Position numbers and translations under genes: made by a program. From a virus (Duplodnaviria; Caudoviricetes): a DNA stretch of 31,041 nucleotides. Positions 1-6,971 of this stretch are shown here, piece after piece; the stretch's first letter is position 1; each line of letters starts with the position of its first letter. The DNA lies in the IMG/VR virus record IMGVR_UViG_3300009103_001962, positions 1-31,041 of that record. The stretch is one strand, 5' to 3'. The notes under the pieces were generated by a model, which made no database searches, was not told the DNA's origin, and saw only the letters and a list, made by a program, of their open reading frames with translations.

Positions 1-203
1 AAACTTCGTTAAAATACTTAAATGATCTTTATTTTCATGCTAAAAAGCTTGGATTAAAAAGTACATACTACTTAAGGAACCGTGCGGCAAGCGAAATTGA
101 AAAAGCTACGACTGATAGTAACGTTAGTGATATTAATTCAGATAACACTGATACTCCTATTGCTTGCAGCGTTCTAGATCCTTCGTGCGAGAGCTGCCAA
201 TGA
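1..203 (+). CDS. nrdA: Ribonucleotide reductase alpha subunit, C-terminal fragment (5' truncated by window)
   Basis: Manual translation from nt 3: TSLKYLNDLYFHAKKLGLKSTYYLRNRAAS...PIACSVLDPSCESCQ* (TGA 201-203). GLKxTYYLR and the C-terminal CxxC tail are class I R1 hallmarks; nrdB lies downstream. Confidence 0.93.
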   Translation, partial: TSLKYLNDLYFHAKKLGLKSTYYLRNRAASEIEKATTDSNVSDINSDNTDTPIACSVLDPSCESCQ

Positions 204-487
204 CAAAGAGAGGGAAGCAACGGATGACCAAAAAAAGAACATTAAAATTAATAGAAAACCTAGCTAATACCTTAAATAAAGAGAAAGGCATGGAAGACGC
301 AGCTTCAATAATGTATGTCCTCGCAGGAACAATTGCCCTAGATAGCGAAGAAGCTCTAAACTCATTATGTATACATAATGTATTATGGGCAGATCAAACT
401 TTAAAAGCTATACAACAATCAAATGAAGTTGACGGAGGAACAGCTCCGCCAGATATGAATCCGCCCAAGGCATCAGAAGATGAATAA
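200..487 (+). CDS. Hypothetical protein between nrdA and nrdB
   Basis: ATG at 200 overlaps the nrdA stop (ATGA) and the end overlaps the nrdB start; no recognisable motif. Confidence 0.6.
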   Translation: MTKRGKQRMTKKRTLKLIENLANTLNKEKGMEDAASIMYVLAGTIALDSEEALNSLCIHNVLWADQTLKAIQQSNEVDGGTAPPDMNPPKASEDE

Positions 488-1493
488 AAAAGACGGCATG
501 TTACTAAGCGATGATGTTTCTGGGGTAAATCAGATCTTGCCCCATAAACACCAATTTGCTTGGGATTTATTTCTTAAGGGGGTAGCCAATAACTGGTCTC
601 CAGCAGAAATAAATATGTCCACAGACATAGAACAATGGAAATCCGGAGAGCTTTCCGATGACGAAAAGTTACTTGTTAGAAGATGTCTTGGTTTTTTCGC
701 CGGAACAGAATCCTTAGTCGGAAACAACCTGCTGCTTACTGTAAACAGATGGATAACGGACGCCGAATGTAGTCAGTATATACTTAGGCAAGCCTACGAG
801 GAGTCCTTACATAATTGGACCATAGTTACATGTTGCGATTCTTACGGCCTTAAAGTAGGCGAGGTGTACGAAGCTTACTTAAATATTCCATCTATTAAAA
901 ATAAAGACGATTTCTTAATGAGCATAACGTCAGACGTTAATAGGGTAGATTTTTCGACGAGGACAGTAGACGGTAAAAGAGAATTTTTAAGAAACCTAAT
1001 TACCTATTATATAGTTTGTGAAGGTACGTTTTTCTTTAGCGGGTTCGCCATGCTTCTTGCTTTAGGGAGGCAAAATAAACTGCCCGGACTTTCAGACCAA
1101 ATTAGATACACATTGAGAGACGAAAGTCTACATATTCAATTTGGCACATACTTAATTAATACGATAAGAAATCAATACCCATCGGTGTGGACGAAAAAAT
1201 TCGAGGCAGAAACAGTTGAGCACATTAAAAAGGCAGTAAACCTTGAGGTAGAATATGCTCATGACGTTCTTCCCCGTGGAATCCTTGGCTTAAATGCCGA
1301 CATGTTTGTAGATTACATGCAATACATTGGCAACAGAAGGCTAGAGGGAATTGGCATCGACTTTCGTTTCGATAGCGACCATAATCCATTTCCATGGTTA
1401 TCGGAAGTTGTCGATACGGGAGCGATGACCAACTTTTTCGAAAGAAAAGTGAAGGACTACCAAAACTCAGGAGTCCTAGAAGACGATTTTTAA
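480..1493 (+). CDS. nrdB: Ribonucleotide reductase beta subunit, class Ic (R2c, Mn/Fe) type
   Basis: Ferritin-like ligands FFAGTESLVGNN, EESLH, CEGTFFFSGF, RDESLH; C-terminal NFFERKVKDYQ. First ligand is Glu and the radical-Tyr position (H+4) is Ile. Confidence 0.93.
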   Translation: MNKKDGMLLSDDVSGVNQILPHKHQFAWDLFLKGVANNWSPAEINMSTDIEQWKSGELSDDEKLLVRRCLGFFAGTESLVGNNLLLTVNRWITDAECSQYILRQAYEESLHNWTIVTCCDSYGLKVGEVYEAYLNIPSIKNKDDFLMSITSDVNRVDFSTRTVDGKREFLRNLITYYIVCEGTFFFSGFAMLLALGRQNKLPGLSDQIRYTLRDESLHIQFGTYLINTIRNQYPSVWTKKFEAETVEHIKKAVNLEVEYAHDVLPRGILGLNADMFVDYMQYIGNRRLEGIGIDFRFDSDHNPFPWLSEVVDTGAMTNFFERKVKDYQNSGVLEDDF

Positions 1494-1498
1494 CATAC

Positions 1499-1693
1499 AT
1501 GAAAACACTAGTAATACTAACAGTAGGGACGCTGCTTCTCGCGGTGTCAGGTTGTACAAGCACAGTAACCCTTGGCACTAAGGCTAATGAATCTCAAATC
1601 ATGGGGGCTTCCGCCGGCCAAGAAGGGGTAAGCCTAACTCTTCCGCTTGTGAAGGGGGAGGTAACCCCTACTGGCACCGCGCCCAAAAAATAA
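1499..1693 (+). CDS. Small predicted lipoprotein (64 aa)
   Basis: ATG 1499: MKTLVILTVGTLLLAVSG-C; basic N-terminus, hydrophobic core and lipobox-like VSGC. Confidence 0.75.
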   Translation: MKTLVILTVGTLLLAVSGCTSTVTLGTKANESQIMGASAGQEGVSLTLPLVKGEVTPTGTAPKK

Positions 1694-1720
1694 AGGCGCA
1701 ACAAAAACCATAGCACAACA

Positions 1721-1763
1721 AACCCCCTTCGAGTAACGTCTTTCGCTCGGAGGGGGTCTTTTA
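1721..1763. terminator. Intrinsic terminator, probably bidirectional
   Basis: ACCCCCTTCGAG (1722-1733) pairs with CTCGGAGGGGGT (1746-1757, one G-U); followed by CTTTTATT and preceded by an A-rich tract; lies between convergent genes. Confidence 0.8.
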
Positions 1764-1862
1764 TTATTCTTTACGCCAAATTGTCCAAATTAATACCCCT
1801 ATTATTGCTGCCACAGGGCAAAAAAACAGAAGATAAGCTACAATAGTTTCAATATCCATCAT
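1764..1862 (-). CDS. Small single-pass membrane protein (32 aa), not in ORF track
   Basis: Manual translation MMDIETIVAYLLFFCPVAAIIGVLIWTIWRKE*; GTGTAA motif 8 nt upstream. Confidence 0.6.
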   Translation of the reverse strand: MMDIETIVAYLLFFCPVAAIIGVLIWTIWRKE

Positions 1863-1879
1863 GGTATTACTTACACTAT

Positions 1880-2416
1880 TTAATATAATATTTTTCCGAC
1901 GATATTTTTAATAGGCAACAAACCAAACCAAGAATCTCTCCTGTTATCCCCTATTACCCACACAAATCCTTCGGGAACTTTTTGCCCCGTCTGACTTACC
2001 AAGTTAATAATAATCTCTCCAGCTTCTGGCCCGTTCCAATATTTTAAATTATTATCATTTTCATCCACAAGATAAAAGCTTATCTCTCCTCTTCCGAATG
2101 GGTCCTTTAGCTCTTTTTTATTTAAATGTATAATTCCCTGTTCAATCCCTATGATGTCACCGGGTAACCCTATGATTCTTTTACTTAGATTTTCGTTATT
2201 GTCATTAATGACTACGTTATCGAACCTCCTAGGAACCCAATCCTTCCCCAATGAAGATATTCTTTCGATGACAACCCATTCTCCGTCTTCTAAAGTGGGC
2301 TGCATGCTTGGACCCACAGTCTTAACGAATCTATATTGCGAGGCAAACGGAAATGTTATGACAATCAATATCAAACATACCCTAGCAGTCTTATTCTTTA
2401 GAATTGCGCGCCACAT
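1880..2416 (-). CDS. lepB: Signal peptidase I (peptidase S26)
   Basis: N-terminal TM helix, catalytic Ser box GPSMQPTL, Lys box KRIIGLPGD, box E GDNRRDS. Confidence 0.9.
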   Translation of the reverse strand: MWRAILKNKTARVCLILIVITFPFASQYRFVKTVGPSMQPTLEDGEWVVIERISSLGKDWVPRRFDNVVINDNNENLSKRIIGLPGDIIGIEQGIIHLNKKELKDPFGRGEISFYLVDENDNNLKYWNGPEAGEIIINLVSQTGQKVPEGFVWVIGDNRRDSWFGLLPIKNIVGKILY

Positions 2417-2768
2417 ATTTGTTAAATAAGAATCTTACAATTAATGCGATTCCTATCAATATAATAGCCCACATTACCAAAGGATCAAAATTTATTACAT
2501 CTTCACCATTACTTGTGGTAGGCCCAGAGAGCTCATTACTGTCCCCAGAGCCCCCTTCTAGAGGCTTTTCTTGAGCTTCAGAGTCCTTATCGCCGGCGAT
2601 TTTATCACCAACCCACCCTATTCCCTTGAACGGGAGACTAACAGCGGTTTTAATAGCCTTACAGCCAGAAAACGAAAGAACAATAATCAACACAAGCGCG
2701 GAAACAAAAAAGAATCTCACTTTCTTATAAGTATTTTTCTTAAATATAGATGGAAAAAAGCAGCTCAT
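2391..2768 (-). CDS. Predicted lipoprotein/membrane protein with C-terminal TM helix
   Basis: Hydrophobic stretch ending in lipobox-like FSGC, acidic/Gly linker, C-terminal TM (PLVMWAIILIGIALIV); start uncertain. Confidence 0.65.
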   Translation of the reverse strand: MSCFFPSIFKKNTYKKVRFFFVSALVLIIVLSFSGCKAIKTAVSLPFKGIGWVGDKIAGDKDSEAQEKPLEGGSGDSNELSGPTTSNGEDVINFDPLVMWAIILIGIALIVRFLFNKYVARNSKE

Positions 2769-2986
2769 AAACTCCTTAAATTATCAAACTCAAACATTTC
2801 TGTCTCAGGTAACCCCACTCCGTGGTCACTGTACTGAGGAACACGTCCTTCATACAGGGAGGCAATGTTCTTATAATCGATTTTGTTTTTTTCCTTATCC
2901 CATGCGCTACTAGGATCTCGCTCTGCAATATCTTTTTTGATCCGCTCAATATGCTTCCTAAGTGCAATTTCTGTTTTATTGTTCAT
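2765..2986 (-). CDS. Hypothetical protein
   Basis: 73-aa ORF with 4-nt overlaps to both neighbours. Confidence 0.6.
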   Translation of the reverse strand: MNNKTEIALRKHIERIKKDIAERDPSSAWDKEKNKIDYKNIASLYEGRVPQYSDHGVGLPETEMFEFDNLRSL

Positions 2987-3231
2987 GATACTAAAGCTAT
3001 TATATTCAAGGCAAGGCTAACGCCGAGCGCAGAGGCCAAGGCAACAATTATATACTGCTCTGTAGTAAAATGGGTAGACGCTTCTTTCTTTTTCCTTTTG
3101 ATTTTCATCGTAGGTTTTTGCTCCTGCTTATATATCCACCAGTTCCCAGATTTATCTTGAGTAGCCCATTCTTTTTCTTCGTTTTTCCACCAATAACTGT
3201 CTTCTCCTAATACCCTCATGTCTAAATCCAT
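2983..3231 (-). CDS. Hypothetical protein, C-terminal TM helix
   Basis: 82 aa, Trp-rich N-terminus, hydrophobic C-terminus; overlaps neighbours. Confidence 0.6.
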   Translation of the reverse strand: MDLDMRVLGEDSYWWKNEEKEWATQDKSGNWWIYKQEQKPTMKIKRKKKEASTHFTTEQYIIVALASALGVSLALNIIALVS

Positions 3232-3611
3232 TTATCTGGGTCAATTGGCTCAGGTTTTTTTATCTTAGGAGGCCAATGACCTATACTCTTAAGATAATCT
3301 ACCAGTTTTTGAAGAATCATGCCCTGTTCGTTTATAGTTTCACCAGCCCGCTCTATCTGTTCGTGTTGTTGGTCGGAGGTCTTTAGCAGCTCGTTTATCA
3401 TTCCGAATTGATCAATTGAAGTTTGCGCTAATTCATTGTTTTCCTTAATCAGCTCTATTTTGTCCATCATGAAACCGACCTCTTTAGTTGTATGTTTTAT
3501 GTCTTTAATAAATATAATAGACATCATAACCAAAGCTACAAAGCATCCCGTATAAATGCTCGCAGCGTTCCTGTTGGCCCAAGCATTCACTGAAGCAAAA
3601 AATTTCTTCAT
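3222..3611 (-). CDS. Membrane-anchored coiled-coil protein
   Basis: N-terminal TM followed by a heptad-like helical region; GTGTAA motif 8 nt upstream. Confidence 0.7.
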   Translation of the reverse strand: MKKFFASVNAWANRNAASIYTGCFVALVMMSIIFIKDIKHTTKEVGFMMDKIELIKENNELAQTSIDQFGMINELLKTSDQQHEQIERAGETINEQGMILQKLVDYLKSIGHWPPKIKKPEPIDPDKWI

Positions 3612-3758
3612 GTAAACAATTACACTATTAAAACCGCAAACATTTCTTAAAGAACTATCAATTGCGCTACACTTATTAAATAAAAATGTGAAATAAAAAT
3701 TAATATTTATTTTTTAAATTTGTGAATCTTTTTTTCTTTAGTGTAATTAACTTCAGCT

Positions 3759-4028
3759 ATGAAAAAATTACTATCAAGACTCAGTAAATGGTGGTCTTCC
3801 GGCGGAAAGCTGCGGAACCTTGGTCTTTGGGACAAACTCGTAGATCTAAAAGATTGGCTAATGAGTCATTTAGGTTGTCATACATTCTGGAAATCAATGG
3901 TTTTGATTCTTTCGGCTGTGTTGTTGCACTTTGGATGTCTTTGTCCTTGGACCGTACTAAAACTAGGGCTCCTATCTTGGGGTTTAATTTTGCTACACAA
4001 GCATCACTCAGATCACTGGCATATTTAA
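3759..4028 (+). CDS. Hypothetical membrane protein (Trp/Leu/His-rich)
   Basis: 89 aa with two hydrophobic segments; GTGTAA 12 nt upstream. Confidence 0.6.
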   Translation: MKKLLSRLSKWWSSGGKLRNLGLWDKLVDLKDWLMSHLGCHTFWKSMVLILSAVLLHFGCLCPWTVLKLGLLSWGLILLHKHHSDHWHI

Positions 4029-4085
4029 ATCAAATAGAGACATCTTTACATACCCAATTTCTTAAAAATCCGTGTAATTACTTAT

Positions 4086-4382
4086 ATGGAAGGAGTATCA
4101 TTTCAACTATTTGTTAACGTAGTCTTCACTCTAATCACCTTTTTAGGGGGGTGGGTACTTAAAGTAGTCTTTTCAGGCATCAAGGAACTAAGGGACGAAA
4201 TGGAAGACCTTAGAGACGGAAGAAGAGAAGACTACAGAGAATTATCGGAAAGAATGCATAACGTTGCCCTTTCTATGCCAGAAAAATTCGTATCTAAAGA
4301 CGACTTCAACACCTTTTCTGAACGAATGATTGACAGGTTTGACCGTTTAGACGAAAAAATTGACTCTCTTGTCAAAAAGTAA
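4086..4382 (+). CDS. N-terminal TM + coiled-coil protein (holin-like architecture)
   Basis: TM at about residues 7-30, then a charged coiled coil ending DRFDRLDEKIDSL; GTGTAA 8 nt upstream. Confidence 0.65.
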   Translation: MEGVSFQLFVNVVFTLITFLGGWVLKVVFSGIKELRDEMEDLRDGRREDYRELSERMHNVALSMPEKFVSKDDFNTFSERMIDRFDRLDEKIDSLVKK

Positions 4383-4384
4383 GC

Positions 4385-4412
4385 TTGATTCACGTAAAAA
4401 AATCCATATACT
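4385..4412 (+). promoter_or_regulatory. Sigma70-type promoter
   Basis: TTGATT-16 nt-TATACT; GTG start 9 nt downstream. Confidence 0.65.
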
Positions 4413-4421
4413 GGTCTTGTA

Positions 4422-4814
4422 GTGTTCACTAGAAAAACATACGAGACCATTATTCATTTATTCCTAAAAAGCCCAGCGGATTGCTACCGCCCAAAAGAAT
4501 ATAGGCTAGCTAAATTTATGATTAAGATGATTCCGGATTTAAACTTCTGGAAATCCATTCAACCTAATTTCGTAGAGATAGAAGGGCGGGTAACATCCTT
4601 AACCTATTTCCTTACCGAAGAAAACAAGAGTCTATTCCTTGACGAATATAAGCGCCACAAAAGAATATCTAAATTTGACCCTGACAAACTAAAAGAAAAG
4701 AGCTACCCTTTAGAAGACGACAAAACCGGAGAAGACTCTCCCTCTGTGAAATCTTCGAATAAAAAATTAAATTTATTAAACTTTATAAAACATGGCACGA
4801 AAAAAGAAAACTGA
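4422..4814 (+). CDS. Hypothetical protein
   Basis: 130-aa ORF just after the promoter; overlaps the recA start. Confidence 0.7.
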   Translation: MFTRKTYETIIHLFLKSPADCYRPKEYRLAKFMIKMIPDLNFWKSIQPNFVEIEGRVTSLTYFLTEENKSLFLDEYKRHKRISKFDPDKLKEKSYPLEDDKTGEDSPSVKSSNKKLNLLNFIKHGTKKEN

Positions 4815-5892
4815 AACAACCACAGGGATATCTCCAGAAGACCAGATCCAAGCCTACCTTGAGCAAAACAAAGGGGATCACTATAACTTTGAAGAAGAAA
4901 GGCACTATGTAGTATCTAGCGGTAGCCTGCTGATGGATATCGAAATGGGGGGAGGCATTGGTCCCGGGATTATAAGAGCCTCAGGAATTACAGAAGGAGG
5001 TAAAACTTCCTGCGCTCTGGCTTTCGCTAAGAATTTTCAAAAAATGGATGACTCAATGGTTATTTATTTTAAATCAGAAGGAAGGCTCACTCACGATATG
5101 CTTGAGAGAGCAGGGATAGACGAAGGCCCCAAGAAGTGGAAAATAATTAAATCAAATGTATATGAAACAGTTATTAACTTAATGAGAGACCTCGTTAAAA
5201 ACAATAGCAAAAATTTTAAATATATGTTTATTATAGACTCTATGGATTCTTTAGTGCCAAAAAACGATTTAGAGAAAGGACCGGAAGAAGCTAACAAGGT
5301 TGCAGGAGGTGCGCTATTAAGTTCAGACTTTTTGAGAAAGATGGCACTAGCCCTCTCCACGAGGGGTCATATTTGTTACATGGTATCTCAAGTAAGGAGC
5401 AAGGTTCAAATTAACCCTTATGAAAGAACCGACGCTAGAGTAACCAATGCCTCAGGGGGTAACGCTCTACTTCATTACAGCGACTGGATCTTAGAGTTCC
5501 AAGAAAGACACTTAAAGGACATTATATCTTCCGAGGCGAACGGAAAAGGAGACCTGTACGGGCATTGGTGTAAGGTTGTTTTCAAGAAAACCCCGAACGA
5601 AAAGACCGGAACGCTAGTCAGGTACCCGATAAGGTACGGAAGTAAAAACGGTAAAAGTATATGGGTTGAGTACGAGGTAGTTGACATGATGCTCCAGTGG
5701 GACATGGCCAGCAGAAAAGGCGCATGGATCACCATAGCAGATGACTTAATAGAGGAAGTTAAAAAAGAGACCGGTCTAGACCTAGACAAACAACATCAAG
5801 GCCTAGATAATCTCAAGAAATACTTTGAGGAGAACAAGGAAATAGGTAAGTATTTATTTTTTAAATTTAGAGATGTACTTAAAAAGTCATAA
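4792..5892 (+). CDS. recA: RecA/UvsX-family recombinase
   Basis: VSSGSLLMDIEMGGG, Walker A GITEGGKTS, Walker B IIDSMDSL, SQVR and SGGNALLHYS motifs. Confidence 0.9.
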   Translation: MARKKKTETTTGISPEDQIQAYLEQNKGDHYNFEEERHYVVSSGSLLMDIEMGGGIGPGIIRASGITEGGKTSCALAFAKNFQKMDDSMVIYFKSEGRLTHDMLERAGIDEGPKKWKIIKSNVYETVINLMRDLVKNNSKNFKYMFIIDSMDSLVPKNDLEKGPEEANKVAGGALLSSDFLRKMALALSTRGHICYMVSQVRSKVQINPYERTDARVTNASGGNALLHYSDWILEFQERHLKDIISSEANGKGDLYGHWCKVVFKKTPNEKTGTLVRYPIRYGSKNGKSIWVEYEVVDMMLQWDMASRKGAWITIADDLIEEVKKETGLDLDKQHQGLDNLKKYFEENKEIGKYLFFKFRDVLKKS

Positions 5893-5896
5893 TATA

Positions 5897-5902
5897 GTGT
5901 AA
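5897..5902 (+). promoter_or_regulatory. GTGTAA motif upstream of tmRNA (one of 6-7 positionally conserved copies)
   Basis: TAGTGTAAAT, ending 10 nt before the mature 5' end of tmRNA. Confidence 0.55.
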
Positions 5903-5912
5903 ATAAATTTAT

Positions 5913-6342
5913 GGGGGCGTACTGGATTCGATTTGGATTCTTACGCCAGATTGCAAGCAGAGGATGATGGTTGGCCTCTTAAAACATCTATCAAAAAAAC
6001 ATAAATGCCAACGATAACGTTGACATGGAGTTCGCTCCTTCAGTAGCTGAAGCTGACGAGATTCTCGCTCAGTTCGGTTATGTTGAAGAGGAGTCTCTCC
6101 AACTGGCGGCATAAGTCCCGTCACGTCCTACTCTGGATGCTCGCTAAAGAGCTAGGGCGACGACAGCGAGCAAAAAACTGGAGCACGTAAGGGAGCCCAG
6201 TATAAATTTATTATATCCTTTACGACCTCGCGTAGGCCGTTTGTCGGTGACACGCCAAGCGAGTATTAACACCGACTAAGCTTGTAGTATATCTGAGCAG
6301 ATGGCTCTAAAGACGTGGGTTCGACTCCCACCGCCTCCACCA
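5913..6342 (+). ncRNA. ssrA: tmRNA (one-piece, about 430 nt); tag reading frame 6007-6114
   Basis: 5' GGGGGCG pairs with 3' CGCCTCC-ACCA including the G3-U alanine determinant; GGATTCGA at the 5' end; T-arm GTGGG-TTCGACT-CCCAC; pk1 (AGAGG/CCTCT, TGATGG/CTATCA); resume context ATAAAT-GCC; tag begins AND and ends LAA*. Confidence 0.96.
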
Positions 6343-6350
6343 ATTTTAAA

Positions 6351-6420
6351 GTCTGAGCGTAGTGTGAGCTTGCACGCCTTCGCGCGTAGGAGGACCGGAG
6401 TAGCTAACCGGCGCTCAGGC
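6351..6420 (+). ncRNA. tRNA-shaped (cloverleaf) structured RNA, non-canonical
   Basis: Closing stem GTCTGAGCG/CGCTCAGGC; TA linker; GTGT/GCAC arm; CCTTC/GGAGG arm with a 7-nt loop; CCGG/CCGG arm. No TTC loop and no encoded CCA. Confidence 0.6.
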
Positions 6421-6430
6421 TTCTTATATT

Positions 6431-6847
6431 ATGAGGCTTTACAATGTAAACGGAAGACTGCAAAGCAAGAGCGTATCTAAATACCTCATAAACTGGAACA
6501 AAAAATCCAGATCGAAACTACAAAAACGAGTAAAGGACTTCTTCAAACCTTACTGGTCGGGGCACGTTGTCTACGAAGAATTCCCCGTGTATGGGACAAG
6601 GCTTAAGGTAGATATTTTAAATGCAACCATCAAGGTCGCGATAGAAGTGAACGGCCCACAGCACTCTTCCTTTAATAAATTCTTTCACGGTAACTCAAGG
6701 GCTAAATACTTAGCCTCCATAAAAAGAGACTGGAAAAAAGCCAACTGGCTCGAAAAAAACAACTACAAACTAATAGAGCTGGAAGAAAGTGATATGGAAA
6801 ACCTGTCTAAAGAATTCATTGAAACCACATTTAAAATAAAGATTTAA
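6431..6847 (+). CDS. Vsr/DUF559-like PD-(D/E)XK endonuclease
   Basis: EEFPV...KVDIL...VAIEVNGPQH...RDxxK pattern. Confidence 0.7.
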   Translation: MRLYNVNGRLQSKSVSKYLINWNKKSRSKLQKRVKDFFKPYWSGHVVYEEFPVYGTRLKVDILNATIKVAIEVNGPQHSSFNKFFHGNSRAKYLASIKRDWKKANWLEKNNYKLIELEESDMENLSKEFIETTFKIKI

Positions 6848-6855
6848 TTTTTTTG

Positions 6856-6883
6856 TTGCCCCCTATAAAAATTCCTGTATACT
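6856..6883 (+). promoter_or_regulatory. Sigma70-type promoter upstream of dnaB
   Basis: TTGCCC-16 nt-TATACT; ATG 6 nt downstream (6890). Confidence 0.6.
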
Positions 6884-6971
6884 CAGTACATGCAAACAAA
6901 CGACAATGCGAAGTGGAACAACAAGACAGAAACAAGCGGAAGAGGAGTCGGAATGAAAGGCAATATTAAAC

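Noticed and set aside
3788-4117. 109-aa alternative-frame ORF
   Set aside because: Overlaps two better-supported genes that each have the upstream motif.
5909-6124. 71-aa minus-strand ORF
   Set aside because: Antisense to the tmRNA gene; no protein features.
6351-6420. Call as a standard tRNA-Arg(GCG) or tRNA-Sec
   Set aside because: Lacks U33, TTC loop, D-loop GG, CCA and a long variable arm; kept only as tRNA-like.
6906-6971. In-frame ATG...TGA upstream of dnaB suggesting readthrough or recoding
   Set aside because: TGA, TAA and TAG all act as ordinary stops elsewhere, and DnaB homology starts at about 6972.
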